Of a stretch of DNA of 64,000 bases, positions 44,485 through 53,741 are shown piece by piece; the stretch's first letter is position 1; each line of letters begins with the position of its first letter. The stretch is taken from assembly GCA_965199875.1 (NCBI GenBank), contig OZ241346.1, forward strand, positions 1,098,895 to 1,162,894, in the 5' to 3' direction. Both the position numbers and the translations under genes were made by a program. Source of the DNA: Candidatus Azotimanducaceae bacterium (lineage in GTDB: Bacteria > Pseudomonadota > Gammaproteobacteria > Pseudomonadales > Azotimanducaceae). The notes under the pieces were generated by a model. It was not told the DNA's origin. It saw only the letters and a program-made list of their open reading frames with translations, and did not search any database.

Positions 44485-46871
44485 CCCGCCGACGCCGCCC
44501 GCCAGCGCTTCAGCAGCAGCGAGTTGGCAACCACGCAGACGCTGGAGAACGCCATCGCGCCTCCCGCCAGCGTCGGGCTCAAGTAGCCGAGGGCCGCCGC
44601 CGGAATGCCGACGACGTTGTAGACGAACGCCCAGAACAGGTTCTGCTTGACCTTGCGCAGGATCGTCCGGCTGGCGGCGATGGCCGCCGGCACCAGCGTA
44701 GGCAGCGGGCGCATCAAGGTGATGCCGGCGCTTTCCATGGCGACGTCCGTGCCGCTGCCGATGGCGATGCCGACGTCCGCCGCCGCCAGCGCTGGCGCAT
44801 CGTTGACGCCGTCGCCCACCATCGCCACGCACTCGCCATTGGCTTTGAGCCGTCGAATCGCTTCCACCTTCTGCTGCGGCAGCGCTTCGGCCTGGGCGTC
44901 GGCGATGTCCAGCCGACGCGCCAGCGCTTCTACCACCGATGGCCGGTCGCCGGAGAGAATCAGCGAACGAACGCCCTGTTTCTCGAGTTGCGCCACGGCT
45001 TCGGCGGCCTCCGGGCGCACCGGGTCCGAGAATGCCAAGGCGCCGAGCGCTCCTTCGTCGTCGGCCACCCAGACGACGGTTTGCGCACCGTCGCCGAACG
45101 GCACCGCCGGCGGTTCGGCCAGACGCGGGCTGCCGACGCGAATCCGCAGGCCGTCGACCAAGCCGCTGACTCCGGAACCAACGTGGTTGCGAAAACGCTG
45201 CACCGGCGGCGGTTCGATGCCGCGGCCCTTGGCGCAGGCAACCACGGCCTTGGCAAGGGGATGTTCGCTGGACTGCTGAACGCCGGCCGCGAGCCTCAGC
45301 AGTTCGTCTTCGCTGCCACGCAAGGCCAGCACGTCGTCGACCATCGGGCGGCCGACGGTGAGCGTGCCGGTCTTGTCGAACACCGCGACGTCCAGCGACG
45401 GCGCGCGCTGCAAGGCGTCGACGTCCTTGATGAGAATGCCGCCCCTGGCGGCGGCGCCGGTGCCGGTCAGGATGGCCGTTGGCGTGGCCAGCCCCAGTGC
45501 GCAAGGGCAGGCGATGACCACCACCGAAACCGCGGCGATCAGCGCCTCTTCGAGGCTGCCGCCGAAGAGCAGCCAGCCGGCGAAGGTCGCGGCCGCCAAG
45601 GCGACGACGATGGGCACGAAGATCTGGCTGACCCGGTCCACCAGGCGCTGCACTCTGGCCTTGCCGCGCTGCGCATCCGCCACCAGGCGGACGATTCGCG
45701 CCAGCGTGCTGGATTCGCCGAGCGCCGTGGCGCGCAGCTCCAGATAGCCGCTGGCGTTCACCGTGCCGCCGGCGACGCGATCGCCAACCTGCTTGGCCAC
45801 GGGCATGCTTTCGCCGGTGAGCAGCGATTCGTCCACGTCGCTGCTGCCAAGCACGACCTCGCCGTCCACCGGCACACGCTCGCCAGGACGCACGAGCACG
45901 ATGTCGCCGCGCTCGATTTCGGCCAGCTGCGCTTCGCTCACCGAGCCGTCGGCGCGACGACGCCGGGCGAACTCCGGGCGCAGCCCCATCAGGTGGCGAA
46001 TGGCGCCGGTGGCGGCGCGTTTGGCGCGGGATTCCAAGTGCTTGCCAAGAAGCACCAGGGTGATGATGACCGCGGAGGTCTCGAAGTAGAGTTCGCCGTC
46101 TGCGGCTTCGCCAAGCACGATCAAGAGATACCAGCTGTAGGCATAGGCGACGCTGGTTCCGAGCACCACCAGCACGTCCATGTTGGCAGCGCCGCCACGC
46201 ACGGCGTTGAAGGCGGCGCGGTAGAAGCGCGCCCCGATGACGAACTGGACGGGGGTTGCCAGCAGCACTTCCGCCGCTGGCATCAGGTGCCACTCCTCGT
46301 AGCCGAGCAGAGCGAGGATCATGCCGCCGACCATCGGCAGCGCCAGCACCACCGCGGCCACGACGGTGCGGCGTTCCGCATCCAGCCGGCGCTGCTCGTC
46401 TTGCGCCCGTTGTCGATGCTCTTCGTCGCCGACTTCGCCGGTCGCCAGCCGATAGCCGGCGCGGCGCACCCGCTCGACCAGACTGGCATTCGAGGCGGCG
46501 CCAGCGACGATCGTGACCGCCGCCCGTTCGAGGGCCAGATTCACCTCGGCGTCCAGCACGCCCGGCTCGCCGCGCAGCGCCTTCTCGACGCGCGCGGAAC
46601 AGGCGCTGCACGTCATGCCATGCACGGCGAAGGTGCGCTGTTCGGTGGCCACGTTGAAGCCGACGCGGGCAACCGCCTGGGTCAGATCGCCAGCGCTCGC
46701 GGCGTTGCGATCGATGCCGACGACGGCGCGTTCGAGGGCGAGGTCGACGTCCGCGCTCAAGACGCCGGGCACACGTTCGAGCGCTTTGCCGAGGCGCGAC
46801 ACGCAAGCCGCGCAGGTCATCCCCTCGACAGGCAGTTCGAGCTCGATTGGCGAATCGAGCGGCGCGGCCAT
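44481..46871 (-). CDS. copA: Copper-translocating P1B-type ATPase with two N-terminal HMA domains
   Basis: Track ORF 44481..47435, starting at [23 protein letters not shown] (ATG 46871-46869). Second [24 protein letters not shown] and GDGVNDAP. Confidence 0.92.
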   Translation of the reverse strand: MAAPLDSPIELELPVEGMTCAACVSRLGKALERVPGVLSADVDLALERAVVGIDRNAASAGDLTQAVARVGFNVATEQRTFAVHGMTCSACSARVEKALRGEPGVLDAEVNLALERAAVTIVAGAASNASLVERVRRAGYRLATGEVGDEEHRQRAQDEQRRLDAERRTVVAAVVLALPMVGGMILALLGYEEWHLMPAAEVLLATPVQFVIGARFYRAAFNAVRGGAANMDVLVVLGTSVAYAYSWYLLIVLGEAADGELYFETSAVIITLVLLGKHLESRAKRAATGAIRHLMGLRPEFARRRRADGSVSEAQLAEIERGDIVLVRPGERVPVDGEVVLGSSDVDESLLTGESMPVAKQVGDRVAGGTVNASGYLELRATALGESSTLARIVRLVADAQRGKARVQRLVDRVSQIFVPIVVALAAATFAGWLLFGGSLEEALIAAVSVVVIACPCALGLATPTAILTGTGAAARGGILIKDVDALQRAPSLDVAVFDKTGTLTVGRPMVDDVLALRGSEDELLRLAAGVQQSSEHPLAKAVVACAKGRGIEPPPVQRFRNHVGSGVSGLVDGLRIRVGSPRLAEPPAVPFGDGAQTVVWVADDEGALGALAFSDPVRPEAAEAVAQLEKQGVRSLILSGDRPSVVEALARRLDIADAQAEALPQQKVEAIRRLKANGECVAMVGDGVNDAPALAAADVGIAIGSGTDVAMESAGITLMRPLPTLVPAAIAASRTILRKVKQNLFWAFVYNVVGIPAAALGYLSPTLAGGAMAFSSVCVVANSLLLKRWRAASAG

Positions 46872-47545
46872 CAGGTATTGACGAACAGCGCCAGCATCCC
46901 TAGCCAGACGAGCAGCAGAAAGTGCCAGTACAGGGCGCACAGATCGATGCTGTGGCGCAGCCGCTGGCGATTCGCCGCCGCTGCATCCTCGCCTTCCGCG
47001 ACGGCCGGGCCCGCCCCTGCGAATCGCCGCGCCGCCCTGGCCCAGGCGACCAGGCCGCCGAGCAGGTGGACGCCGTGAACGCCGGTGATGAGGTAGAAGA
47101 AGGCGTTGGCGGGATTGGCGTGGGCGTAGTAGCCGCGCGCCACCAGCTCGTTCCACACCACCAGCTGCAGCACCAAGAACGCCAACGTGGCGCCGCCAGC
47201 GGCCAGGAACGCCAGCTTGGCGGTGCCGGTGTCGCCTGCTCTGGCAGCCCGCCGCGCCCACTCGTAGGCGCCGCTGGCGAGCACCAGCACGGCGGTGTTG
47301 AACCACAGCAGCATCGGTTCGGGCAGGGGCGCCCAGTCGGACTGCCGGCCGGCGCCGAACTCCAACGGCTCCAAGCGCATGTGGTAGGCGGCGAAGAACA
47401 GCGAGAACAGCACCCCGACGATGGCCAGAAAGCACACCAGCGCCACTTTCTGGTTCGACGCCGCGTAGGAGGCGGTGCGCAGTTCGCTAACGCTGCCCGC
47501 TTGGTAGATCCAGGGCTTTTCGGCGAGACGCTTGAAGATGTTCAT
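46871..47545 (-). CDS. Cytochrome c oxidase subunit III-like (NorE-like) membrane protein
   Basis: Track ORF. Block [18 protein letters not shown] ... [10 protein letters not shown] is typical of the heme-copper oxidase subunit III family. Its stop overlaps the copA ATG by 1 nt. Confidence 0.75.
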   Translation of the reverse strand: MNIFKRLAEKPWIYQAGSVSELRTASYAASNQKVALVCFLAIVGVLFSLFFAAYHMRLEPLEFGAGRQSDWAPLPEPMLLWFNTAVLVLASGAYEWARRAARAGDTGTAKLAFLAAGGATLAFLVLQLVVWNELVARGYYAHANPANAFFYLITGVHGVHLLGGLVAWARAARRFAGAGPAVAEGEDAAAANRQRLRHSIDLCALYWHFLLLVWLGMLALFVNT

Positions 47546-47549
47546 GGGG

Positions 47550-48158
47550 CTATTCTAAGCCTTCCTTCGCCGTCCGGGTGTTCCCGTTTCCGTCCGCAAG
47601 CGCCGCAAGCGGCTTGGACACGCGCTGCGCCACGCCGTCGTGATAGCGGGTCGCGCCGCCGGCGAAGCCAGCCACGCGCAGGGCGACGGCGACGCTGCCG
47701 CTGCCGCGGTTCTCCCAGAACCAGCCGTGGATGCCGTCGTAGGCGGCAACGTAGGTGCCGCGATCGGCGCTGCCTCGGCCGACGGCGAAGCTCTCGGCAA
47801 AGCCCGCCGGCGCGCCTGCCGGCTCGGCGTGCAGGTCGAACACCACCTCGCCGCTGGCGGCCCAGCCGTACACCAGCCCGTCGCCCTCGGCCAGGTCGTA
47901 CTTGAACTCGACGGACTCGAACGGCGCCAGTTCGAACCGGCGACGGTCGGCAACGAGGCGGGAACCGGTGCGGGAGACTTGAGAGGGCTCCTCCCCCGCG
48001 AGACCGACCAGCCCCAAGACACCGCCGACGCCCGTCGGGTCGATGCCGAACTCGGCCGGCAGCACCGTCGTGAAGAACACCGCCAGCGCCGCCAGAAAAG
48101 CGCCTGCCGTCGCCAGCGCGATACGCTTGCCGCTCGCCTTGCTGGCTTCGGCTGCCAT
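47550..48158 (-). CDS. Hypothetical membrane-anchored periplasmic protein
   Basis: Track ORF 47550..48554, trimmed to MAAEASKASGKRIALATAGAFLAALAVFFTTVL (ATG 48158-48156). Beta-rich C-terminal domain. No family recognised. Confidence 0.55.
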   Translation of the reverse strand: MAAEASKASGKRIALATAGAFLAALAVFFTTVLPAEFGIDPTGVGGVLGLVGLAGEEPSQVSRTGSRLVADRRRFELAPFESVEFKYDLAEGDGLVYGWAASGEVVFDLHAEPAGAPAGFAESFAVGRGSADRGTYVAAYDGIHGWFWENRGSGSVAVALRVAGFAGGATRYHDGVAQRVSKPLAALADGNGNTRTAKEGLE

Positions 48159-48877
48159 CAGGAACCGAACAGCCAGCCGGCGAGCTGGTAGGTCGCCAGC
48201 AGGAATCCGGCGGCCATCAGCAGCACGTTGAGGCCGAAGGCGGAGCGCTCGAAGCCGGGGCGTTCGCGCCACCACGCCAGCAGCCCCACCACCGCCGCCA
48301 ACGCCAGGAACTGGCCCAGCTCCACGCCGACGTTGAAGCTCGCCAAGTTCACCGCCAGGCCATCGGCGGAGAGCTGCAGCTCCTGCACCTTGGTCGCCAG
48401 CCCCAGGCCGTGGCAGAGGCCGAAGGCGAACACGGCGAAGCGGACGTTGGGCGAGAAGCCAAGCGCGCGCTGGAAACCGCCGATGTTCTCGAACGCCTTG
48501 TAGACGACGGACAAGCCGATGACCGCGTCCACCAGGTAGGCGTTCACCTGCCACGCGCCGAGCACCCCGGCCAGCAAGGTGATGCTGTGCCCCAGCGTAA
48601 ACAGCGAAACGTACAGCACGACGTCCTTGAGGCGACGCAGAAAGAACACGACGCCGACGAGGAACAGCAGGTGATCGACGCCGGTGACCATGTGCTTGGC
48701 GCCGAGGTAGGCGAACGGAACCATCGCCGGGCCGTCCAGCTGCTGCACGTAGGAGGCGTTGTCGCCGGAGATGCCGTGCGCCAGCGCCAGCGGCGCCGCC
48801 AGTGCCGCCACGGCAAGCATCGTCGCAGCGCCGACGACGCCCCTGCGCCGCTTCGTCGACGTCACGCTGCCAGCCAC
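48158..48877 (-). CDS. HupE/UreJ family metal-transporter-like membrane protein
   Basis: Track ORF. Blocks HMVTGVDHLLFLVGV and LFTLGHSITL ... GLCHGLG match the HupE/UreJ-type His-rich TM pattern. Its stop overlaps the next ATG by 1 nt. Confidence 0.7.
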   Translation of the reverse strand: MAGSVTSTKRRRGVVGAATMLAVAALAAPLALAHGISGDNASYVQQLDGPAMVPFAYLGAKHMVTGVDHLLFLVGVVFFLRRLKDVVLYVSLFTLGHSITLLAGVLGAWQVNAYLVDAVIGLSVVYKAFENIGGFQRALGFSPNVRFAVFAFGLCHGLGLATKVQELQLSADGLAVNLASFNVGVELGQFLALAAVVGLLAWWRERPGFERSAFGLNVLLMAAGFLLATYQLAGWLFGS

Positions 48878-48904
48878 CGCCAGCCTGTGGCCGGAACCGT
48901 CCCG

Positions 48905-49414
48905 CTATCGTTGCGGCAAGTCGCGCGCATAGACCTGGTGGCAGGCGACGCAGACGTTGTACAGGTGGCCGCCCTTCTCGAACAGCGTCTCGGCATCACG
49001 CTCGTCCACGGCACTGACGAGTTCCATGCCCACCCGCGTCATGCCGTTGGCGAACTCCACCCAGGCGTCGGCGCCGGCCGGCGATGCTTCGGGCATCAGG
49101 TGCGGCAGCAGCAGCAGATTGCCGCTCTCCGCCAGCACCGCGGCGCTGTGCCGAACCCGCGCCCACTCGTCGTCGCTGGTCGGCCGCAAGTCGCGCTGTC
49201 CTTCGGCGGTCAGCACGAAGCCAGCGGAACTCCAGACGACGTCCGCCGCTGGATCCAAGAGCCACGTCATGGTCTCCTTCATGTCGCCAACCGCCTGCAC
49301 CGGCATCGTCGGCGCGGCCTGTTCGCAGCCGATCTGGGCCAAGGCGAACAGCGCCGCGGCCATCGCCACCGCCCGGCGGGGCGAGAAGAACAGGCGTTGC
49401 GGCTTGGTTGGCAA
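48905..49414 (-). CDS. Class II (cytochrome c'-like) c-type cytochrome, lipoprotein-like signal
   Basis: Track ORF. Single heme motif CVACH close to the C-terminus (NVCVACHQVYAR). Lipobox-like LAQIGC. Confidence 0.65.
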   Translation of the reverse strand: MPTKPQRLFFSPRRAVAMAAALFALAQIGCEQAAPTMPVQAVGDMKETMTWLLDPAADVVWSSAGFVLTAEGQRDLRPTSDDEWARVRHSAAVLAESGNLLLLPHLMPEASPAGADAWVEFANGMTRVGMELVSAVDERDAETLFEKGGHLYNVCVACHQVYARDLPQR

Positions 49415-49485
49415 GGGTGCGTTCCGATTAGCGCAGCGACGCCGATTCTAGCCGCTTGGCGGCAGGCACGCGCCACAAGCCTGCG

Positions 49486-49501
49486 ACTTCCGGCCGGAAG
49501 T
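49486..49501. promoter_or_regulatory. Perfect 16-nt palindrome ACTTCCGGCCGGAAGT, candidate enhancer (UAS)/operator in a divergent intergenic region
   Basis: Read directly from the sequence. Lies about 115-130 nt upstream of the sigma54 -24/-12 element, and upstream of the divergent cytochrome operon. Confidence 0.4.
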
Positions 49502-49585
49502 GCCGCGGCTGCATGGCGCAAATCCACGAATCTTGGCGCAACGTGCCAACCGAACCGCGAGGATCAGCGAATTAACTTGCCCAAA

Positions 49586-49598
49586 TATCAATGCCTTG
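49586..49598 (+). promoter_or_regulatory. IHF-site-like sequence TATCAATGCCTTG
   Basis: Matches WATCAANNNNTTR. Sits in the most AT-rich patch of the intergenic region, between the palindrome and the sigma54 element. Confidence 0.35.
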
Positions 49599-49616
49599 CA
49601 ATCCATGATGTCGCAG

Positions 49617-49632
49617 TGGCACATGACTTGCA
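49617..49632 (+). promoter_or_regulatory. Sigma54 (RpoN) -24/-12 promoter
   Basis: TGGCACatgacTTGCA is an exact match to TGGCAC-N5-TTGCA. It lies 42 nt upstream of ATG 49674, which is preceded by aaggagg. Confidence 0.65.
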
Positions 49633-49673
49633 GCAGTTGGGTACGATCACCTCAGCCGACCCAAGGAGGCCCT

Positions 49674-49928
49674 ATGGATCCCTTCGCCTTTGCCGCGCTC
49701 ATCGTCGTCTGCGTCTTCGTTCTGAAGGTCTACCAAGCCTATCTGCGCTCCCGGGGCGGCAGTTCGGCAAAGATGGCGGATCTCGAAGAGCGCATTGCGG
49801 CCCTAGAAGGACGCGATCGTCGGGCGGGCGCGAATCTCGAAGAACGGGTGCGCGCTCTGGAAACCATCGTTACGGACTCGAAGTTCCAGCTGGACCGCGA
49901 ACTGGACAAACTGCGCGAAGAGCAGTGA
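49674..49928 (+). CDS. PspB-like small single-TM envelope-stress protein (84 aa)
   Basis: Track ORF 49500..49928, trimmed to the RBS-preceded ATG. MDPFAFAALIVVCVFVLKVYQAYLRSRGG then a helical ...LEERIAALE...RVRALETIV, resembling PspB. Confidence 0.5.
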   Translation: MDPFAFAALIVVCVFVLKVYQAYLRSRGGSSAKMADLEERIAALEGRDRRAGANLEERVRALETIVTDSKFQLDRELDKLREEQ

Positions 49929-49949
49929 CCGCCCGCAAGGCCGCCCGCC

Positions 49950-50447
49950 TCAGCCGGAGAAGCCGATCCAGCGCCCCGCCGCCGCAACGGTGAACCACAG
50001 GCCCAGGGAACCCGCCGCCGCCAGCCTCGCCAGCCATGCCGGTGCATCGTCCATCGCCGCCACGCGATTGCGGAAACCGAACGTGAACGCCAGCGCACCC
50101 AGCAAGGCCGCCATCTTCACCTCGAAGGAGTCGTTGAAGCAGCACTTCACGGCTTCGGAGAGGAACAACGGCACGCCGGTGAGCAGCATGGTCGCCAAGC
50201 TGCCAAGGAACCAGGGCCTGGCGCTGGCAAGCACCGAAGCGGCGCCAAGCCGCTTCAAGCCGACGCCGAAGAGGCGCAGATCCACCACCAGCACGGCGCC
50301 GCCCAGCATCGCCAAGCCCAGCAGGTGAACCGCTTCGACGGCTGGGAACAGCCACAGGGATTCGCGGATGGCGTTGCCGATCCAGGTTTGCTCCAGCCGG
50401 TCGTAGGTGTCGAACCAGCCGAACCGCTCGCACCACGTCGGCGCCAT
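49950..50447 (-). CDS. Hypothetical integral membrane protein (paralog of the upstream gene)
   Basis: Track ORF 49950..50522, trimmed to MAPTWCERFGWF. Shares ...ESLW.FP..E..H.L.L....G......DLR..G with the next gene. Confidence 0.55.
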   Translation of the reverse strand: MAPTWCERFGWFDTYDRLEQTWIGNAIRESLWLFPAVEAVHLLGLAMLGGAVLVVDLRLFGVGLKRLGAASVLASARPWFLGSLATMLLTGVPLFLSEAVKCCFNDSFEVKMAALLGALAFTFGFRNRVAAMDDAPAWLARLAAAGSLGLWFTVAAAGRWIGFSG

Positions 50448-51055
50448 CAAGGCGCGGCCTCGGCGAGTTCCACGGCGCAGCCGGCGGCCCAGGCCACGAA
50501 GGCGGACTGCCCACGCCCGCAATCGAACCAGTTGTAGGCGATCATGCGGCCAGCCACGATGACCCCCGCCCAGAGGCTAAGCGAGAACGCCGCCGTCAGA
50601 CGCACCGGCAACGGCGGCTTCGGCAGACCGTCCCAGCGTTGCCGATCCCGCGACACCCGTCGGTGGAACCACCAGGCGTTCACCGCAGCCAGCAGCAGCA
50701 GCACCACCTTGACGCGAAACCAGACGCTGTGCGCCGTGCGCACCGGAATGGCGTAGAACAGCAGCACGCCGGTCGACACCATGACGACGAAGCCGGCAAC
50801 GGACCAAGGCAGCAGACGGCCGGTGAGCTCGGAAACCGGGGTCTGGCGGAAAGCCCAGCCGAGCATGCGCAGGTCCACCATCGCCAACATGCCGACGAAC
50901 AGCATCAGCGACAGCACGTGGGTGGACTCGATCAGCGGATACATCCACAGCGACTCGTGCAGCGCCGTGCTCCACGCATGGCCATCCAGCCACTCGGCGA
51001 AGCCGTGCAGCGGCGACGGCGCGTAGACGCCAGAGGTATCCACGACTCGGCGCAT
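50447..51055 (-). CDS. Hypothetical integral membrane protein (paralog of the downstream gene)
   Basis: Track ORF. Block HESLWMYPLIESTHVLSLMLFVGMLAMVDLRMLG. Its stop overlaps the next ATG by 1 nt. Confidence 0.55.
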   Translation of the reverse strand: MRRVVDTSGVYAPSPLHGFAEWLDGHAWSTALHESLWMYPLIESTHVLSLMLFVGMLAMVDLRMLGWAFRQTPVSELTGRLLPWSVAGFVVMVSTGVLLFYAIPVRTAHSVWFRVKVVLLLLAAVNAWWFHRRVSRDRQRWDGLPKPPLPVRLTAAFSLSLWAGVIVAGRMIAYNWFDCGRGQSAFVAWAAGCAVELAEAAP

Positions 51056-51092
51056 CCCTCGAGACGGGGGAGCGCTTGGCGGCGGTGAGCGC

Positions 51093-51602
51093 CTAGCTCT
51101 CTTTCTTCTCGCCCTCGGACGCCTCGGCGTCGTTGCTTGACGGACGCGGCGGCTCGGTGGGATCGGCGCCGTCCCTCGGCGCGCCAGTGCCGCTCGAACC
51201 CATGAACAGCGTCTGGCCGTTGGCGAAGGTCATGTTGCGGCCGTTGCCGCTGTTGGACAGATCCTTGGACTGGTAGCCGTCGATGACGACCTCCGTGCCG
51301 ATCGGCACGGAGTTGCGGTGGATGCCGCGGCGCAGCAGGGTGTTCGGCGTGCCCGCCTCCATCATCCACACCGTCTTGCTGCCGTCCTCGTTGGTGTGTT
51401 CGACGTGGAACCACGCATGCGGATTGGTCCACTCGATCTTCACCACCGGGCCGCGCACGATGATCGGGCGGTTGGGGTCGAACTCCGCGCCGAAGGCGTG
51501 GTGGGCCGACGCCTTGACGCCCGCCATCGCCATGACGCCCAGCAGGGTCGCCGCCAGCGTTTTCGCAACGCTCCTCGTCGCCGACGTGTTGACTTTGCGC
51601 AT
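51093..51602 (-). CDS. Exported DUF6152-like protein
   Basis: Track ORF 51093..52616, trimmed to MRKVNTSATRSVAKTLAATLLGVMAMAGVKASAHHAFGAEFD. The mature N-terminus HHAF..EFD and the block VKIEWTNPHAWF fit that family as I recall it. Confidence 0.55.
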   Translation of the reverse strand: MRKVNTSATRSVAKTLAATLLGVMAMAGVKASAHHAFGAEFDPNRPIIVRGPVVKIEWTNPHAWFHVEHTNEDGSKTVWMMEAGTPNTLLRRGIHRNSVPIGTEVVIDGYQSKDLSNSGNGRNMTFANGQTLFMGSSGTGAPRDGADPTEPPRPSSNDAEASEGEKKES

Positions 51603-51616
51603 CTCTTGCCTCCCGC

Positions 51617-52756
51617 CTATTCGTCGCCAGCGCTTGCCGCCTGGGTCGCCATCCACTCGGCCTCCAGCCGTCGGGCGCCGCGCAGGATGTTGCCCATCGA
51701 GTAGTTGCCTTCGTGGCAGGCGTACTCGTACACCGGCTCGTCGCTCTGCGGCCAGACGTATTCGCCGGTCCACGGGCCTTCCCAGGCGTCCGGGTCTTCC
51801 ACCGTGAAGTTGTAGAGCAGGGTGTTTTCGTCGATGCGCGAGAAGCGTTCCACGACGTGCAGATCCCGCGACGCGCCGACGTGGGATGGCGTGTCGTTGA
51901 AGTTGATGGTGTCCACCACCAGGGTGTCGCCTTCCCACCAGCCGATGGAGTCGCCGAGCCAGCGCCGCATGTCGTCCGGCGCGTGCTCGCTGTTCATGCG
52001 CACGATGCGTGCGTCGTGAACCATCTCGGTGAGAATCATGATGTGCTCCGGCGTCTGCACGATGCGCTTGTGGTTGTTGTAGAGGGTCGGCAGCATCGGC
52101 GGTCCGGCGGTGGAGCCGAAGCCGAGCAGGCAGCGGTCCGGCAGCGGCCGGCTCTCGGGATCGTCGTAGGGGCCGGCGCCGCCCTCTTCCATCCACCACG
52201 CCGTGCCGTCGTTCTCGTGCGCGTATTCGCGAAAACGCGCGCCCCGGCGCGCCTGGCCCGCCGCGGTCCATGCCGGACGCCGGCCGCTTGGCGGATCGAC
52301 GACGATGGAGGTGCGGTACTTGCCGTCGATCTTGAAGTTCTGCTCGCCCGGGTCCACCCAGAGCGAATCGTAGCCGCCGACGTTGCCAGCGGCGCCGGGA
52401 GAACCGTCGCCGCCCACCGGCGGCGCGCCGCGGTCCGGCCGCTGGTCCTCGGAGCCTTCGGCGAGGCTTCGCGCCGCCCGTTTGGCGTTGAACTCGGCGC
52501 GTTCTTCGCTCAGAAACTCTTGATCGCCCCGGCGTTCGAGGGGCGTGATGGTGGCCGTGTCGTAGTAGCCGGAGAGGTCCGGCTTGCCGTCGGCAGTGCG
52601 CGGAATGTCGCCCCACGCCATTTGCGCCACCACGACCACCAGCACCAGAGCGGCCGCCGCAAAGCCCATTTGCACCCAGCCCAGCAGCTGGTTGCCGCGC
52701 ACGCTGCTTCGGTTCCTGCCATTTGCCTTCATGCCATTGCCTCCTTCCGGCTTCAA
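51617..52756 (-). CDS. Hypothetical exported protein (paralog of 52812..53741)
   Basis: Track ORF; start uncertain (internal M candidates). Block WLGDSIGWWEGDTLVVDTINFND...VVERF is shared with the next gene. Confidence 0.55.
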   Translation of the reverse strand: MKPEGGNGMKANGRNRSSVRGNQLLGWVQMGFAAAALVLVVVVAQMAWGDIPRTADGKPDLSGYYDTATITPLERRGDQEFLSEERAEFNAKRAARSLAEGSEDQRPDRGAPPVGGDGSPGAAGNVGGYDSLWVDPGEQNFKIDGKYRTSIVVDPPSGRRPAWTAAGQARRGARFREYAHENDGTAWWMEEGGAGPYDDPESRPLPDRCLLGFGSTAGPPMLPTLYNNHKRIVQTPEHIMILTEMVHDARIVRMNSEHAPDDMRRWLGDSIGWWEGDTLVVDTINFNDTPSHVGASRDLHVVERFSRIDENTLLYNFTVEDPDAWEGPWTGEYVWPQSDEPVYEYACHEGNYSMGNILRGARRLEAEWMATQAASAGDE

Positions 52757-52811
52757 CGCCGGATCTTCGCCTGCTGTCGCCTATTCACGCTTCGCCTATT
52801 CCACGCTTCGC

Positions 52812-53741
52812 CTATTCGTGCTTTGGCGGCCCGTCCTCCGGCCAGCGTTGCAGAGGATTCCGCCGCCACGCGCCGTACATCAGTTCCTCAACGAACTCCA
52901 CGCATTTGAAGTCCAGCAGCATGGCGTTCGGCTCCATGCGCCGATACAGCGGCATGCTGATCTTCCACGGCCGCGTGAAGGTTTCCGGATCGTCGATGAG
53001 CGCCTCGTAGTGCAGATGGTCGGGGCTCGTCGGCGTGTAGCGCTCCACCACGGTCAGCTGATTGCTGTGGTGGTTGCCGGCGCGGTCGAACCAGGTCTGG
53101 TCGTTCAAGCTGGTGACCGTCAGCACCAGCGTGTCGCCTTCCCAGCTGGCTACCGACTGGCCCATCCAGGAGTCCACCGGCGCTGGCCCCGGATCTTCGC
53201 TGTAGATGTTGCGCACCGCGCCGGCGAACTGGTAGACGAACTCGATCTCCTGGTCGCCCTGCAGAATGCGGAACGGCTGCGGGATGTAGGTGGCTCTCGG
53301 CACGCCGGGCAGAAAGCACTTGATCTCCGGGTCGCGCTCGAGCCACAGGCGACGGTTCTCGTCCCGTTTCGCCAGCGCCTCGGGTTTGTAGGGAATCCTG
53401 CCACCCTCGACGACTCCGAGCCCCGGCGGCACCGACGCCACCGCGCCCAGGAGCACCGTCGCCAGGTCCGGCAGCGGGCCGTGCGGCCCCTCGCGCAGCG
53501 ACATCGAGGGCCGCGCCATGTGCCGTTCGATGTCGTAGTTGGCCTCGTTGAGCGCCTGCCAGACGCCGTTCAGATCAGGCCGGACGCCATCGGCCGCCCG
53601 AGGCGCCACGTAGCCGGCTTGGCCGGTTTCTTCGGCGAAAGCGCTCGGCAGCCAAGCCAGGCAGATCGTCGCCGCCACCCAAACGCCACCGCGAACCGCA
53701 TTTACGCAAGACAAGCGCACCACCTCGTTCCTCGCCTCCAA
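52812..53741 (-). CDS. Hypothetical exported protein (paralog of 51617..52756)
   Basis: Track ORF. Signal-like VWVAATICLAWLPSAFA. Block WMGQSVASWEGDTLVLTVTSLND...VVERY. Confidence 0.55.
   Translation of the reverse strand: MEARNEVVRLSCVNAVRGGVWVAATICLAWLPSAFAEETGQAGYVAPRAADGVRPDLNGVWQALNEANYDIERHMARPSMSLREGPHGPLPDLATVLLGAVASVPPGLGVVEGGRIPYKPEALAKRDENRRLWLERDPEIKCFLPGVPRATYIPQPFRILQGDQEIEFVYQFAGAVRNIYSEDPGPAPVDSWMGQSVASWEGDTLVLTVTSLNDQTWFDRAGNHHSNQLTVVERYTPTSPDHLHYEALIDDPETFTRPWKISMPLYRRMEPNAMLLDFKCVEFVEELMYGAWRRNPLQRWPEDGPPKHE

Noticed and set aside
43990..47078. 938-aa (-) and 696-aa (+) ORFs overlapping copA
   Set aside because: They are alternative or antisense frames of the P-type ATPase gene. 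Only 44481..46871 contains the GMTCxxC, CPC, DKTGT and GDGVNDAP motifs.
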